A DNA stretch of 64,000 nucleotides from a bacterium (GTDB taxonomy: Bacteria > CAYTYR01 > UBA6262 > DAOVJB01), in assembly GCA_043821115.1 (NCBI GenBank), contig JBDRDD010000032.1:16836-80835 (forward strand), read 5' to 3'. The notes beneath the pieces were generated by a model that had not been told where the DNA came from, ran no database searches, and was given only the letters and a program-made list of their open reading frames with translations. Below are positions 55,613 through 64,000 of the stretch, in pieces. Numbering within the stretch: the first letter of the stretch is position 1; the number at the start of each line of letters is the position of its first letter. Both the position numbers and the translations under genes were made by a program.

Positions 55613-56971
55613 ATGTCAAAATCCACAAAAGTTATTATAGCGGGAGCAGGGCTAACAGGACTTAGCACAGCTTATCATCTTCAGCTTGCCGGTCGCGGAA
55701 AAGACAGTCTCTCTTGTGAAGTCTTCGAGGCATCTAAAGTTGCGGGCGGGCTTTGTGCCTCTGTAAAGAAGGATGGGTTCACATTCGATTATACCGGGCA
55801 TATCCTACATTTGCGAAATGACTATACCCGCAAACTAGCAAGAGAGCTTTTGAGAAATAACTATAAGTCCCACAGAAGAAATTCCTGGATATTCTCTAAA
55901 GACACTTACACTCAATACCCTTTTCAGGCTAATACTTACGGGTTGCCCACCAGTGTAATTAAAGAATGTGTTTTGGGTTTTGTACAAGCCATGTGTTCTT
56001 CCCGCAAAAGTACATCTCCGAAGAGAAATTCATTCTACGGGTGGATAATGACAACATTCGGTGCAGGCATAGCCCGGAATTTCATGATACCTTACAACCA
56101 AAAGCTATGGACTGTCCACCCGCGTTTTCTTACCTGTGACTGGATGGGCGGTTTTGTTCCAAGGCCTTCCCTTGAGGAGGTATTAAGGGGAGCTTTGGGT
56201 CACCAGGAAAAATCATTCGGCTATAATGCAGATTTCATATATCCCAAAGAGGAGGGAATAAAAGCATTGCCCGATGCTTTTTTAGAGAGAATTCCACCAG
56301 TCAGATTTAATTCAGAGATAACAAGTATAGATATTAAAAAAAAGCTTATAGAAGTAAATAAAAGAAATATGTATGAGTTTGATAAGTTTGTTTCCACCCT
56401 TCCTCTTCCTGAATTAATAACACGGATTAAAAGAGTTCCTGCCAGAGTAAAAAAAGCAGCGGGGCTCTTGAGATGTAATTCGGTACTCAATATTAACCTG
56501 GGTGTGACAAGAAAAGGTATTTCTGATAAGCACTGGGTCTATTTTCCGGAGAAGGATTACCTGTTCTACCGTGTTGGTTTCCCTATGAATTTTGCACCTA
56601 GCCTGGTACCCAGGGGAGCCAGCTCTCTTTACACGGAGATAGCCTATAATTCGCATGCATCAAAGTTTATTCCGGGTTCTCGCTACAGGTTGCCGGGTGA
56701 TCTGGGGAAGGTTATTAGAAAGGTGAAACAAGACCTGGTAAAGGCCGGGATCCTTAAAAGTTCAGATAAGATAATAACAACGAATGTTCTGGATATAAAG
56801 CATGCTTATGTCCTCTATGATAAGAACAGGAACAAGAGTGTGGATATAATAATGAAATTTCTTAACGATAATGATATTTGCTCGGTGGGTCGTTACGGGG
56901 GGTGGCAGTATCTTACCATGGAGGATGCCATCCTTGAGGGAAGGCGTGTTGCAGGGATGCTTGCTTTATAG
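55613..56971 (+). CDS. FAD-dependent oxidoreductase, UDP-galactopyranose-mutase/amine-oxidase-like
   Basis: Dinucleotide-binding ...VIIAGAGLTGLSTAY...E...; C-terminal ...GRYGGWQYLTMEDAILEG... resembles the Glf-type C-terminus. Confidence 0.6.
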   Translation: MSKSTKVIIAGAGLTGLSTAYHLQLAGRGKDSLSCEVFEASKVAGGLCASVKKDGFTFDYTGHILHLRNDYTRKLARELLRNNYKSHRRNSWIFSKDTYTQYPFQANTYGLPTSVIKECVLGFVQAMCSSRKSTSPKRNSFYGWIMTTFGAGIARNFMIPYNQKLWTVHPRFLTCDWMGGFVPRPSLEEVLRGALGHQEKSFGYNADFIYPKEEGIKALPDAFLERIPPVRFNSEITSIDIKKKLIEVNKRNMYEFDKFVSTLPLPELITRIKRVPARVKKAAGLLRCNSVLNINLGVTRKGISDKHWVYFPEKDYLFYRVGFPMNFAPSLVPRGASSLYTEIAYNSHASKFIPGSRYRLPGDLGKVIRKVKQDLVKAGILKSSDKIITTNVLDIKHAYVLYDKNRNKSVDIIMKFLNDNDICSVGRYGGWQYLTMEDAILEGRRVAGMLAL

Positions 56972-56979
56972 GGGGAATT

Positions 56980-57921
56980 ATGCGATGTGTGGTAACTGGT
57001 TGTGCTGGGTTTATAGGTTCTCATCTTACTGAGCGCCTGCTTCAGGCAGGCCATAGTGTGGTGGGAATAGATGTTTTCTCTGACTATTACGGGATAGAAT
57101 TGAAAAAGCGTAATATGAGCTCTTTTACACATAATAAGGATTTTACATTAATAGACGGGGATATAGTGAAGCTTGATCTTGAGGGTAGTATGCATGATGC
57201 TGAGTTCATTTTTCATGAAGCTGCCCAGCCGGGTGTGAGACAGAGCTGGGGGAGTGATTTTGAAAGATACGTCCATGACAATATAATGGCAACGCAGAAG
57301 ATACTTGAATTCGTCAAGGACAAAAATATCAAGAAGCTTGTTTTTGCATCTTCATCTTCGGTATACGGGGACAGCGAGCTTCCAATGAAAGAACAAAATG
57401 CAGTTAGACCTGTTTCGCCATACGGTGTCAGCAAGTTAGCCGCCGAGCACCTGTGCTACTTATACTGGAAGAATTACAACGTTCCGGTAGTTTCTCTTAG
57501 ATACTTCACCGTGTACGGTCCTCGTCAGAGACCAGATATGGCATTTTATAAATTTATTAAGGCAATGCTTAATGGAAAAGAGGTTGTTGTTTACGGAGAT
57601 GGTAATCAGACCCGTGATTTTACATATGTATCGGATATAGTCGACGCCAATATGAGGGCGATGCAGACCGATGCTCTAGGGGAAGTTTTTAATCTGGGGG
57701 GAGGAGAGCAGGTTTCGGTTAACGAGGTTTTGAAAGTTTTGGAAAAAGTGACAGGGAAGCCAGCTAAAATCAGGTATGTTGAAAAACAGAAGGGTGATGT
57801 AAGGGATACAAAGTCCGACATATCCAAGGCTACCAAGATACTGGGCTATAGCCCTCAAGTGAAACTGTCTAAGGGCTTGGAAGAAGAAGTCAAGTGCATT
57901 AAAGAGGAATTTGACCTTTAA
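56980..57921 (+). CDS. NAD-dependent nucleotide-sugar epimerase/dehydratase
   Basis: GCAGFIGSHL, ...FASSSSVYG..., YGVSK, ...GDGNQTRDFTYVSDIV... Confidence 0.88.
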   Translation: MRCVVTGCAGFIGSHLTERLLQAGHSVVGIDVFSDYYGIELKKRNMSSFTHNKDFTLIDGDIVKLDLEGSMHDAEFIFHEAAQPGVRQSWGSDFERYVHDNIMATQKILEFVKDKNIKKLVFASSSSVYGDSELPMKEQNAVRPVSPYGVSKLAAEHLCYLYWKNYNVPVVSLRYFTVYGPRQRPDMAFYKFIKAMLNGKEVVVYGDGNQTRDFTYVSDIVDANMRAMQTDALGEVFNLGGGEQVSVNEVLKVLEKVTGKPAKIRYVEKQKGDVRDTKSDISKATKILGYSPQVKLSKGLEEEVKCIKEEFDL

Positions 57922-57942
57922 TAAAGAATTTAGCGCTTATCA

Positions 57943-59157
57943 ATGGGGAATAAAGTGGCTCAGGATAAGGTAACTATCGCTCATATTGTTACGACGTTGG
58001 AACTAGGGGGGGCGCAGGAGAACACCCTTTATACGGTTGGACACCTCAATAAGGATAAATACAGAGTTGTACTCATACATGGCCCCGAAGGTATTTTAGA
58101 AAATATTAACAAGATTCCACCTCCTAATCAAGAAGAACATAAGATAGGTTCTCCGTTTATTAAGCATAAAATTGATAGCTTAATTCGTCACATAAATCCT
58201 ATTAAAGATTGGAAAGCATATAGAAAATTAAAGTGTTTATTTGAAGAAGAGAATGTTGACATAGTTCATACTCATTCGTCTAAAGCGGGGATACTGGGGC
58301 GTTGGGCTGCAAAGTTTGCAGGGGTTCCTGTTATTATTCATACTTTTCATGGATTCGGATTTCACGACTATCAGAACTTCTTAGTGAAGAAGTTTTTCAT
58401 TTTTCTGGAGAAAATTACCGCGAGGATTACTGATAAGCTTATAGCTGTATCAGAGGACAATATAAAGAAGGGGCTTAGTTACGGTATAGGAAAAAGAGAG
58501 CAATATAGGCTAATACACAGCGGTATACAAATTGAGAAGTTTTTGGACAAGAATATAGATGCCCAAAAAAAGAAAAAAGAACTAGGCCTTGATATAAACT
58601 CGCATATCGTGGGAATGATAGCCTGTTTTAAGCCGCAGAAAGCTCCCTTAGATTTTATAAAGATGGCGGAAATAGTAAGCACTAAACTTGAAGATGTTCA
58701 ATTCGTGCTTGTCGGTGACGGTGTTCTAAGGCCTGAAATAGAGCGTGCTGTAAATGAAAGAAACTTAAAAAACAAGGTTATTTTGACCGGATGGCGCACG
58801 GATATTCCCCAGATAATGCATACATTTGATGTATTCGCGCTGACTTCGCTATGGGAGGGTCTGCCAAGGGTTATTCCTGAAGCGTTTGTGAGCTCAAAAC
58901 CTGTAGTGGCGACCGCTGTTGACGGCAGCAAGGATATTGTAAGAGATGGAGAAAACGGATATCTTGTGTCTGCCCGAGATATGGAAACTATGGCCCAAAG
59001 AGTGGTCTTTCTTCTAATAAATAAGCAAAAGGCGCAGGAGATGGGGAAAGAGGGAAGGGAGCTTATCCTTAATTCCTCTTTTAACATAGATGGGATGGTT
59101 AAAGACCTGGAAAAACTTTACAGGGGATATGGATCCAAGATAGGGGAGAGGCATTAG
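57943..59157 (+). CDS. Family 4 glycosyltransferase
   Basis: ...IAHIVTTLELGGAQ...; ...FALTSLWEGLPRVIPEAFVSSKPVVATAVDG... Confidence 0.8.
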   Translation: MGNKVAQDKVTIAHIVTTLELGGAQENTLYTVGHLNKDKYRVVLIHGPEGILENINKIPPPNQEEHKIGSPFIKHKIDSLIRHINPIKDWKAYRKLKCLFEEENVDIVHTHSSKAGILGRWAAKFAGVPVIIHTFHGFGFHDYQNFLVKKFFIFLEKITARITDKLIAVSEDNIKKGLSYGIGKREQYRLIHSGIQIEKFLDKNIDAQKKKKELGLDINSHIVGMIACFKPQKAPLDFIKMAEIVSTKLEDVQFVLVGDGVLRPEIERAVNERNLKNKVILTGWRTDIPQIMHTFDVFALTSLWEGLPRVIPEAFVSSKPVVATAVDGSKDIVRDGENGYLVSARDMETMAQRVVFLLINKQKAQEMGKEGRELILNSSFNIDGMVKDLEKLYRGYGSKIGERH

Positions 59158-59163
59158 ATACTT

Positions 59164-60843
59164 ATGAAAATAAAATATCCAACTCTTTTTTTAATTCCAC
59201 TCATTATTTTTGGCTCCGCCCTTATACCAAGGATTCCCCATCTAATGGGTGATACGTTGCTGGTAATCGCGATAGTATCGTGTCTGGTGATAGAAATAAT
59301 TGGGCGTGTAAAGGATGGAGACTACCACCTAAAGTCTACAGAAATAGACCTGCCTGTTCTATTATTTATTCTGCTTACGATAGTGTCACTGGTAAGGTCT
59401 CTTAATTTCTACGGGAGTCTTCTTGAGGCGGTTAAGGTAGTATCGTATGTCATATTATTTTTTATGGTGTTGCAGCACAGAAACCGGGAGGGTCTGGCAA
59501 GAAATATCCTTCATGCTGTTCTGTTTACGGGTCTGTTCGTTGTGCTTTACGGTATATATGAGCACGTTACAGTGGTGAAGGTGCTTTGGTATCCCCGTGG
59601 TATGGTTTACTCGACATTTCCCAATCCCAACCATTTCGGAGGATATGTTGCGCTTACATTGGTACTGGCTGGAGCGCGTCTTTTGTTTGACAAGCCTGCG
59701 GGAAATGAAAGGAAATTTCTGATAGTCCTGACAGCTCTTTGTTTTATTGGTTTGTATTCGTCAAATTCCAAGGGAGCTATCTTTAGTTTTATGGCTGCGC
59801 TTGGTGTCCTGGCGGCTTTTAAGGGGAGGAAGTTATTAATCATTTACTCGTTAGTGGTTCTGTTTTTTATTGGAGCGTTTCTTTTTGCTTTAACTCCTCT
59901 GGGTAAAAAGTATGCCCCTCCCGAGTTCATGAGTGATTCCCACACGTATGAGCGTCTGCCACTATGGAATGAGACACTGAGTTATATAGGCGATTATCCT
60001 CTTTTTGGTACAGGGATAGCAACATTTAAAGATTATTATCCACAATACAAATCTATGGTCGGACTTCGTTCTGCTGAATTCGCACACAATGAATTTCTTA
60101 ACATATGGGCAGAGATGGGAGTATTCACTCTTTTTATATATGTAGGGCTTATATACGTATTTTTCCGAAGGTGCTATGGATATATTAAAAAAGGAGACTG
60201 TGCTTTAGGGCTTTCAAAAGGAACGCTTATTGGTATAATGGCCGCTGTTACCGCAATTATTGCCCACAGTACCGTTGAATTCAACCTTCATACTCCCGCG
60301 ATTGCTGTGGTGCTTGTTTTACTGGGTGCGATTGTCTTTCTCAATGACAGTTCCCAGCAGGTAAAACAAATAGTGCCTTTATCCAAGATAAAGAAATATT
60401 CCATATATGTTGCTCTAATCTTAGGGTTTATCACAACGGTTGTTATTTTAATCGTGCCGCTCAAGGGTGAATACCATTTTAGAAAGGCTAATGATCTGAA
60501 CAAGCATAAGGAATATTTGGATGCTATCGTTCAATACGAGAAGGCAACTCGGTTCAATCCTCTAGCTACAGCCTATCACGAGCGTCTGGGAGACGCATAC
60601 CTTATAGAGGGAAGGCTTCTTAGGGATGGCAACTTCATTTACGGGGCTCATCAAGAATACAAGAAATGTGTAATGATGTACCCAAGAAACGTATTTTACA
60701 GGCTTAAGCTGGCGCGCTTTTACGTTCAGTTTGGCAAACTAGAACAGGCTCTATTGCACTACAGGGCGGTACTTTTTATGGCTCCAAATGTCAAGTCCTT
60801 CAAGATTGAGTATGATGAGCTGATAAGGAAGACCAGGCAGTAG
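59164..60843 (+). CDS. Wzy_C (O-antigen ligase-like)-TPR fusion protein (third paralogue)
   Basis: Multi-TM; ...LFGTGIATFKDYYPQYKSMVGLRSAEFAHNEFLNIWAEMGVF...; C-terminal TPR-like ...YLDAIVQYEKATRFNP... Confidence 0.8.
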   Translation: MKIKYPTLFLIPLIIFGSALIPRIPHLMGDTLLVIAIVSCLVIEIIGRVKDGDYHLKSTEIDLPVLLFILLTIVSLVRSLNFYGSLLEAVKVVSYVILFFMVLQHRNREGLARNILHAVLFTGLFVVLYGIYEHVTVVKVLWYPRGMVYSTFPNPNHFGGYVALTLVLAGARLLFDKPAGNERKFLIVLTALCFIGLYSSNSKGAIFSFMAALGVLAAFKGRKLLIIYSLVVLFFIGAFLFALTPLGKKYAPPEFMSDSHTYERLPLWNETLSYIGDYPLFGTGIATFKDYYPQYKSMVGLRSAEFAHNEFLNIWAEMGVFTLFIYVGLIYVFFRRCYGYIKKGDCALGLSKGTLIGIMAAVTAIIAHSTVEFNLHTPAIAVVLVLLGAIVFLNDSSQQVKQIVPLSKIKKYSIYVALILGFITTVVILIVPLKGEYHFRKANDLNKHKEYLDAIVQYEKATRFNPLATAYHERLGDAYLIEGRLLRDGNFIYGAHQEYKKCVMMYPRNVFYRLKLARFYVQFGKLEQALLHYRAVLFMAPNVKSFKIEYDELIRKTRQ

Positions 60844-60884
60844 CTGGCGTATTTTTGTCATCTTGGGACCATAAAGTGTTTCAC

Positions 60885-60913
60885 TTGACATAATAGTTTC
60901 AATATGATATTCT
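60885..60913 (+). promoter_or_regulatory. Candidate sigma70 promoter for leuCD
   Basis: Consensus TTGACA at 60885-60890, 17-nt spacer ending TG-a, TATTCT at 60908-60913. Confidence 0.55.
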
Positions 60914-60994
60914 TATAAAGATGAATTTTACGCAGGCAATCACAGGTTTTTTTTATAATATATATAATAGAAATGCTAAGGTTAAATATATAAT

Positions 60995-62254
60995 ATGGGT
61001 AAGACTATAAGTGAGAAGATTTTAGAAAAGCATTGCGGTAAAGATGTCACGACAGGCGAGATAGTGGTTGTTGATGTTGACGTGGCGATGGTGCAGGACG
61101 GAACGGGACCCCTTGCTGTTGGGCAGATAGAATCTCTGGGAATAGATAAAATAGCAAAACCTGAGAGTTCTATCTTGTTTATAGACCATGCTGCGCCCAG
61201 TGCCCGCTTTGAGCTTTCTAACTCGCATAATGTATTGAGGAATTTTGCCAAAAAGACGGGAGCGCGTCTTTCAGATGTCGGGGAGGGTGTATGCCATCAG
61301 CGTCTTATAGAGTCATATGTCAAACCCGCTCAGGTAGTGATCGGTGCTGATTCTCACACCTGTACGGCCGGAGCTCTTTGTGCTTTCGCAACAGGGATGG
61401 GTTCTACGGATGTAGCTGTGGCTATGGCTTTCGGTAAGGTCTGGATGAAGGTTCCCCAGACGTTTTTAATCCGCGTAAGCGGTAATTTAGCCAAGGGCGT
61501 ATACCCTAAGGATCTCATGCTGCACATTATAGGTATGATAGGTGCAAATGGGGCAACATATAAGGCGCTGGAGTTTACAGGGGATACTATAAAACGCATG
61601 TCCATGTCGGGACGTTTTACACTATGCAATATGGCTATAGAGGCCGGGGCCAAGACAGGGCTGGTGGCTTCTGATGATAAAACCCGCGCGTATCTGGCCG
61701 CACAGGGAAGAAAGAAAGATTTCAGTGAGCTGTGTGCTGATGAAGACGCTGTGTATGAGCGAGTGATAGATATTGACTGCTCAAAAATTGAACCAACGGT
61801 ATCTTTTCCTCACACAGTGGACAACGTGAGGACTGTCAGTCAGGCTGTCAAGGAAAACGTAAGAATCGATCAGGTAGTTATAGGTACATGTACTAACGGT
61901 AGGATAGAGGACCTGGAGATAGCAGCAAAAATCCTAAAGGGAAAAAAGATCCATTCTGATGTGCGTCTGATAATTATCCCGGCTTCCAGGGAAGTTTATC
62001 TGCAGGCACTTAAAGCTGGACTGCTGGAAGTGCTGGTTCGTTCGGGCGCTTCTGTTATGGGCCCGGGGTGTGGCCCCTGTGTAGGTATACACCAAGGGGC
62101 GCTTGGTGACGGTGAGAGATGTCTCTCTACGCAGAACAGGAATTTTAAGGGCAGGATGGGAAATCCAAATTCCCAAATATATCTCTCTTCTCCGGCAACT
62201 GCTGCGTATTCAGCCTTAGAAGGCAGGATTTCTGATCCAAGAGAAGCCTTATAG
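60995..62254 (+). CDS. leuC: 3-isopropylmalate dehydratase / homoaconitase large subunit (short, archaeal-type)
   Basis: Aconitase family; Fe-S ligand regions ...GADSHTCT..., ...GTCTNGR..., ...GCGPCVG... Confidence 0.85.
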   Translation: MGKTISEKILEKHCGKDVTTGEIVVVDVDVAMVQDGTGPLAVGQIESLGIDKIAKPESSILFIDHAAPSARFELSNSHNVLRNFAKKTGARLSDVGEGVCHQRLIESYVKPAQVVIGADSHTCTAGALCAFATGMGSTDVAVAMAFGKVWMKVPQTFLIRVSGNLAKGVYPKDLMLHIIGMIGANGATYKALEFTGDTIKRMSMSGRFTLCNMAIEAGAKTGLVASDDKTRAYLAAQGRKKDFSELCADEDAVYERVIDIDCSKIEPTVSFPHTVDNVRTVSQAVKENVRIDQVVIGTCTNGRIEDLEIAAKILKGKKIHSDVRLIIIPASREVYLQALKAGLLEVLVRSGASVMGPGCGPCVGIHQGALGDGERCLSTQNRNFKGRMGNPNSQIYLSSPATAAYSALEGRISDPREAL

Positions 62255-62263
62255 GAGAAAATT

Positions 62264-62761
62264 GTGCTAAATGGAAAAGCTCGTAAATTCGGGGATAATA
62301 TCAGCACGGATTTGATTGCCCCTGGAAGATATTTTCACCTGCGCTCAGACTTACCCGAGCTTGCAAAACACACGCTTGAAGATGCCGACAAAGATTTTGC
62401 TTTGAAAGTAAAGCCGGGAGATTTTGTGGTTGCCGGGGAGAATTTTGGTCTTGGATCATCCAGGGAGCATGCGCCGATTATCATAAAACTGTGTAAGGTG
62501 AGCGCGGTTATTGCCAAGTCTTTTTCACGCATTTTTTTCCGCAATGCACTTAATATAGGTTTACCTGTTCTTGAATGTAATACAGACGAAATCGATGATA
62601 TGGATGAATTGGACGTGGATATGTCCAAGGGTGTCATTAAAAACAAAACAAAGGCGAAAGAATTCAGATTTCAGCCTCTTAGCAGTGTTGCCCTAACGCT
62701 TCTTGAAGATGGGGGATTGCTCCAACATATAAAAAAGAATAATGGCTTGAAGTTAAGATAA
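62264..62761 (+). CDS. leuD: 3-isopropylmalate dehydratase / homoaconitase small subunit
   Basis: 165 aa; ...GENFGLGSSREHAP...; GTG start 10 nt after leuC. Confidence 0.85.
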   Translation: MLNGKARKFGDNISTDLIAPGRYFHLRSDLPELAKHTLEDADKDFALKVKPGDFVVAGENFGLGSSREHAPIIIKLCKVSAVIAKSFSRIFFRNALNIGLPVLECNTDEIDDMDELDVDMSKGVIKNKTKAKEFRFQPLSSVALTLLEDGGLLQHIKKNNGLKLR

Positions 62762-62784
62762 ACAGGAATATAGGGGGATTAGGT

Positions 62785-63726
62785 ATGGATAAGGAAAGAA
62801 TCCTTATTGTTGATGATGATCCGTATATTTTAAGCATGGTCAGATTAATACTTGAGAATGAAAATTATGAAATCTCTGAAGCCAAGGACGGCAAGGAAGC
62901 GATTGACATGGTTCACGAGAGAACTCCTCATTTGATAATCCTTGATTATATGATGCCTGTAATGGATGGGCTGGAAGTATGCATTAAGCTCAAAAAAGAC
63001 ACACTTTTCCGGCACATACCCATTATCATGCTTACTGCAAAGGGGGAATTGACGGACAAGGTAAGGGGGCTTGATGCAGGGGTTGATGATTATATCGTAA
63101 AGCCTTTTGAACCACAGGAACTGCTTGCGCGTGTAAAGATGATACTGCAGAGAACGACAAGAAGTCTTGATGCTAACCCGCTTACGAAGCTTCCTGGCAA
63201 CGTCTCGATTACCAACGAGATCCAGCAGAGGATTGATAATAAGGAACTTTTTGCTGTCTGCCATATAGACTTGAGGCAGTTCAAGGCGTTTAACGATAAA
63301 TATGGTTTCGAGCACGGCGACAGGGTTATAAGGGAAACAGGACGTATCATAATCAAAGTAATCCAGGGAATAGGCAATCCGGATGATTTTATAGGGCACA
63401 TAGGCGGTGACGATTTTATAGTTATAACCACACCCAATCTCGTAGATAAGTTATGTAGTAAAATAATAAAGGATTTTGATACAATTATCCCGAATTTTTA
63501 CAATGAGCAGGACAAGCGCAAGGGATATATTGTAAGCCAAGACAGAAAGGGTAATATATACGAATTTTCTATCATGATCATGTGTATAGGCGTTGTGGGT
63601 AACGAGAGCCGTGACATTACGCATCCTATACAGGTAAGTGAAATAGGCGCGGATCTTCAGAGTTTTTCAAAAAGCTTTAAGAAGAGCAATTACGTTAAGG
63701 ACAGACGTATTGACGGGATTGCTTGA
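62785..63726 (+). CDS. Response regulator: REC domain + GGDEF-family domain with a variant GGDDF motif
   Basis: REC: ...ILIVDDDP..., ...IILDYMMP... (Asp54), ...KPF.... GGDEF-like: ...NPLTKLPGN..., ...DLRQFKAFNDKYGFEHGD.... GGDDF is encoded at 63403-63417. Confidence 0.8.
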   Translation: MDKERILIVDDDPYILSMVRLILENENYEISEAKDGKEAIDMVHERTPHLIILDYMMPVMDGLEVCIKLKKDTLFRHIPIIMLTAKGELTDKVRGLDAGVDDYIVKPFEPQELLARVKMILQRTTRSLDANPLTKLPGNVSITNEIQQRIDNKELFAVCHIDLRQFKAFNDKYGFEHGDRVIRETGRIIIKVIQGIGNPDDFIGHIGGDDFIVITTPNLVDKLCSKIIKDFDTIIPNFYNEQDKRKGYIVSQDRKGNIYEFSIMIMCIGVVGNESRDITHPIQVSEIGADLQSFSKSFKKSNYVKDRRIDGIA

Positions 63727-63741
63727 AGGGAAGATAAGGCT

Positions 63742-64000
63742 ATGTCAAAAGGACGTATTCTGGTAGTTGACGATGATGTTTTTATCCGCGATGTGGTAAA
63801 GACGGTCATGGAGCATGAAGGCTATGAAGTAATTGAGGCCTCAAACGGCCGTGAAGCACTGGAGCAGGCATCCAAACATGAGCCAAATCTTATAATCATG
63901 GATTACATGATGCCAGAGGTTGACGGATATCAGGCATGCCTTAGGCTAAAGGAAGATTCAAAGCTAAAATCTATTCCCTTAATAATGCTGACCGCCAAAG
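63742..64000 (+). CDS. Response regulator receiver domain protein, 5' fragment (runs off the window)
   Basis: Hand translation: MSKGRILVVDDDVFIRDVVKTVMEHEGYEVIEASNGREALEQASKHEPNLIIMDYMMPEVDGYQACLRLKEDSKLKSIPLIMLTAK. Not in the ORF track because it lacks a stop. Confidence 0.8.
   Translation, partial: MSKGRILVVDDDVFIRDVVKTVMEHEGYEVIEASNGREALEQASKHEPNLIIMDYMMPEVDGYQACLRLKEDSKLKSIPLIMLTAK

Noticed and set aside
60921-61010. 29-codon ORF in the leuC leader (MNFTQAITGFFYNIYNRNAKVKYIIWVRL), considered as a leucine attenuation leader peptide
   Set aside because: It has no run of Leu codons, no SD and no alternative terminator/antiterminator hairpins that I could find. It also overlaps the leuC start.
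62845-63437. Two minus-strand ORFs (184 aa and 115 aa)
   Set aside because: Antisense to the REC-GGDEF gene, which has unambiguous REC and GGDEF-family motifs on the + strand.
1-64000. Search for tRNA, rRNA, CRISPR arrays, riboswitches, toxin-antitoxin or defence-system genes
   Set aside because: Intergenic space is small, and I saw no cloverleaf-like conserved arms, no spaced direct-repeat array and no recognisable nuclease/ATPase defence signatures. This was by-eye inspection only, so short ncRNAs could be missed.

Overview
Bacterial chromosomal window. I recognised no rRNA, tRNA, CRISPR array, transposase or integrase. It is almost entirely coding, and only one gene in 64 kb lies on the minus strand. 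1-25 kb is housekeeping: pilC 3' end; rimP-nusA-infB-DUF503-rbfA-nrnA-truB-ribF-rpsO-pnp; an orphan accB; two tiny stand-alone units (a 21-codon poly-Lys micro-ORF and a small wHTH gene); uppP, ftsK, a rodZ-like gene, pgsA-pgpA, recA, an MBL hydrolase; and the distal dcw genes murC-murB-ddl-ftsQ-ftsA-ftsZ. 25-35 kb: pilT (overlapping ftsZ), then a four-gene lipid module, then pilMNOPQ. The module comprises an extended SDR, an Spt-like alpha-oxoamine synthase, a two-lobed GNAT acyltransferase and a convergent DAGK-fold lipid kinase. I read it as a candidate bacterial ceramide/sphingolipid pathway and consider it the most interesting item in the window. 35.3-60.8 kb: a ~25.6-kb glycan assembly locus bracketed by three Wzy_C (O-antigen-ligase-like)-TPR fusion paralogues. 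It contains a visibly lower-GC ~10.8-kb sub-block (three paralogous GT4s, MurJ-family flippase, SGNH esterase, three methyltransferases, frameshifted asnB-type amidotransferase). It also contains a higher-GC block (UPF0104-like membrane protein, GT4s, two SDR epimerases, TPR protein, WecA/MraY-family initiating transferase, Glf-like flavoenzyme). 61-64 kb: a leuC/leuD-type dehydratase and two response regulators, one with a GGDDF-variant GGDEF domain. All family calls rest on motifs read by eye and remembered family signatures; no database search, HMM or folding calculation was run. The lineage cannot be assigned from this window. Lys-rich proteins and Wzy_C-TPR fusions are reminiscent of uncultivated candidate phyla, but that is only an impression.
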